From Centroscyllium fabricii (Eukaryota): DNA of 64,000 bases. Below the pieces are notes generated by a model. That model was not told where the DNA came from and ran no database searches. It saw only the letters and a list, made by a program, of their open reading frames with translations. A program made the translations under genes and the position numbers. The stretch spans positions 80,104,001-80,168,000 of the forward strand of contig JBNRSN020000016.1 in NCBI GenBank assembly GCA_051313645.2, in the 5' to 3' direction. Positions 61,727 through 64,000 of the stretch are shown here, one piece after another (the first letter of the stretch is position 1; the number at the start of each line of letters is the position of its first letter).

Positions 61727-61985
61727 CACAGAAACACAGAAGATAGGAGCAGGAGTAGGCCATTCGGCCCTTCGAGTCTGCTCCGCCATTTTGACGAGAT
61801 CATGGCTGATCATCCAAACCCAGCAACCCCTCCTCCTACCCTCTCCCCATATCCCCCGACACCCCCAACTCTAAGAACTATATCTCACACACATACTCAT
61901 GGGCAATTTTTAGTATCTCCAATTCACCTAACCTGCATGTCTTTGGGTGGTGGGAGGAAACCGGAGTACCCGGAGGAAACCCAAG
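61727..61985 (-). mobile_element. HE1-like SINE 3' part, same subfamily as the one split by element A
   Basis: Near reverse complement of 19990-20034 plus 39161-39378. Confidence 0.85.
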
Positions 61986-62393
61986 CAGTGGAAATAATCT
62001 TTCCCCAATGACTCTCCTTAAGTTTGGAATATTTCTATTATATTCTGCTCAGTCTTTTCTTTTCCAGATCTAGACTTTTCAAGATGTGGAGGTGCCGGTG
62101 TTGGACTGGGGTAGACTTTTCAAATCTGCCATTGCAATTATATCCTCTTCTCCCTTGGATCATCCTAAGGAATCTATGTTGCGCCTTTTTCCATTATCCT
62201 TTCTATAATGGTGTGGGCGCAGTTCTCTAACTGTCAGACCCGCGATGGACAAGCCACAACACTGGGAGCACAGACTACCCACAACCATCCAACACCATTG
62301 GCGACACCCATTTATGTTGCCCACCAGTGCCACTTTCTGCCTAAGATGGGTTCTGGTGTCTCCAGAGATGCTGCTGCAGTTCCGTTTGTATTA

Positions 62394-62876
62394 CAGGTTG
62401 AACTTCGTTAATCCGACACCCGAAAAACTGGCAACTTCGAACGTCCGGCAGTAATTTCCCTGACTGCCCTGCGCATGCGCAAAATGGCCACCGCAATCGA
62501 TGCTTCGGTGAATGATCTGCGCATGCGCCGCCAAACGGCGAGCGCATGCGCAAATCATTCACAATGGCCGAGCCGATCCCGAGCTGAGCCTGGCCGCTGC
62601 GAGCTTTCCTGAGCCTGGCTGCTGCGAGCTTTCCCGAGCCTGGCCGCTGTGAGCCTCCCTGAGCCTGGCCGCTGCGAGCCTCCCCGAGCCTGGCCGCTGC
62701 GAGCCTCCCCGAACAATCAGCGCATGCGCAGACCACTCAGAATGGCCACTGGCCCTTCGCGGTGGCCATTTTGAATGGGCTGCGCATGCGCTTGCCGAAA
62801 CTTCAATCGTTCAGGATTTTTACTTGTCCGGTACGGGCCTAGTCCCGCCCGTGCCGGATTAACGAAGTTCAACCTG
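62394..62876. mobile_element. Tc1/mariner-superfamily (pogo/Tigger-like) MITE
   Basis: Perfect 22-bp TIR CAGGTTGAACTTCGTTAATCCG, TA TSD on both sides, internal ~24-bp tandem repeats. Confidence 0.9.
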
Positions 62877-63019
62877 TACAACATTGCTAAATCAACAGAG
62901 CTTAACCTTGGCTCAATGGATTGCACCTTCGCCTTTGAGACAGTAGGGGATCAAATATTGGGAAATTGCGTGTGCACAGTCCATGGTTTTCTGTCCAAAT
63001 GGATTATGTGCTTTATCCT

Positions 63020-63220
63020 ATGATACAGCACAGAAGGAGGCCATTCAGCCCATCATGCCAGTGTCAGCTCTTTGAAAGAGCTCTCCAATTAGTCCCAACA
63101 CCCTGCTCTCTCCGCACAGCCCTTCAAGGAGATTTATCCTTCAAGTATTTCTCCAATTCCCTTTTGAAAGTTATTATTGAATCTGCTTCCACCGCCCTTT
63201 CAGGCAGCGCATTCCAGATG
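63020..63220 (-). mobile_element. CR1 3' fragment
   Basis: Antisense match to 5465-5660 (WNALPERAVEADSI..FKRELEKYLK). Confidence 0.8.
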
Positions 63221-63518
63221 TGCTTTGCTGTCACCCAGTGCAAATGTTGGATTTTACATCAGAGTCCCCAGGCTAGGGAGGGTGGGGGGGTGTAAATCAG
63301 TCAGGGTTCCTGCTTCTGACCATTATCAGTGACTCCCGTTGGAAGGTGGACGTGCTCGGATGTTGGGTGAGGTCAGTATCAGGCTTGGTTGTGAAGTATC
63401 CCCAAGGTCAAATTGCCAATACAAAAGCAAAATACTGCAGATGCTGGAAATCTGAAATAGGAACTTAAAATGCTGGAAACACTCAGCAGGTCAGACAGCA
63501 TCTGTAGAGAGAGACACA

Positions 63519-64000
63519 GGGGGGAACTTTTGCGGGTTCGTGAGGGCGGCTTTCCGGTAGGGCGGCGTCTAAAAATCGCGGAACTGGGTGGTCCCGACCC
63601 CCCCGCCGGATCGCCGCCGGCTTGTAAGTTTCGGGCTGCGTGTCCCGCCGTCCCGAATCTTTCCCGCCTGCTGCCGGCGGGGATGCTCGTTGAGGTAATT
63701 GAGGGCCCTTGATTGGACTGGATAATCCCATTTTAAGGGCCCTCATCTATTTTAAACCCTTTCCCACCCAAACCCCGACATCCTGAAACCCCTCTGGTGA
63801 AACCCAGCAGGAGCACAGTGGCCATGGTCACTTTTCTGAGGGTCATCTGTGGAGAAAAAATTTAAAAAACTTACCTTGACTGATGGATTGAGAGACGGTC
63901 CCAAACTGTGAAAGATTTCCAGCGCGACCGTCCACCTGTCACTGAAACCACTTGGGCTTTGCGATTGGTTGCACTCCATTGTGATGTCACAATGGAGTGT
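63519..64000. mobile_element. Harbinger-derived MITE (same family as 11600-12397), running off the window
   Basis: GGGGGGAACTTT left TIR; collinear with 11600-12157. Confidence 0.85.

Overview
Eukaryotic, repeat-dominated DNA, most likely from a cartilaginous fish (inferred from HE1-like tRNA/CR1-tail SINEs, a Deu-domain SINE, abundant CR1, Penelope and Harbinger MITEs). I could not support any host protein-coding exon. The window holds a complete but decayed two-gene Harbinger transposon (5669-11155), several Harbinger-type MITEs, a pogo/Tigger-like MITE, CR1, L2-group, Rex1 and Penelope fragments, one CR1 with both ORFs open, two solo LTRs, a CsRn1-like Gypsy and four related Mag-like Gypsy elements: A 20035-39160 (+), B 22407-31667 (-), C 46360-51201 (-) and D 54663-59643 (+). 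Several of these are nested four layers deep. The most striking signal is in the Mag-like family. None of the four has a tRNA primer-binding site. Instead, 1 nt after the 5' LTR each carries a 13-15 nt sequence that is the perfect reverse complement of its own LTR poly(A)-signal region, and the pairing is kept although the sequences differ between copies. All four also have a YLDN (not YxDD) RT motif and a stem-loop over the PPT. Three have a candidate splice donor that could yield a gag-only mRNA. Together this suggests a tRNA-independent, self-priming retrotransposon system that differs from Tf1/sushi-type priming. Its novelty needs a literature and Repbase check.
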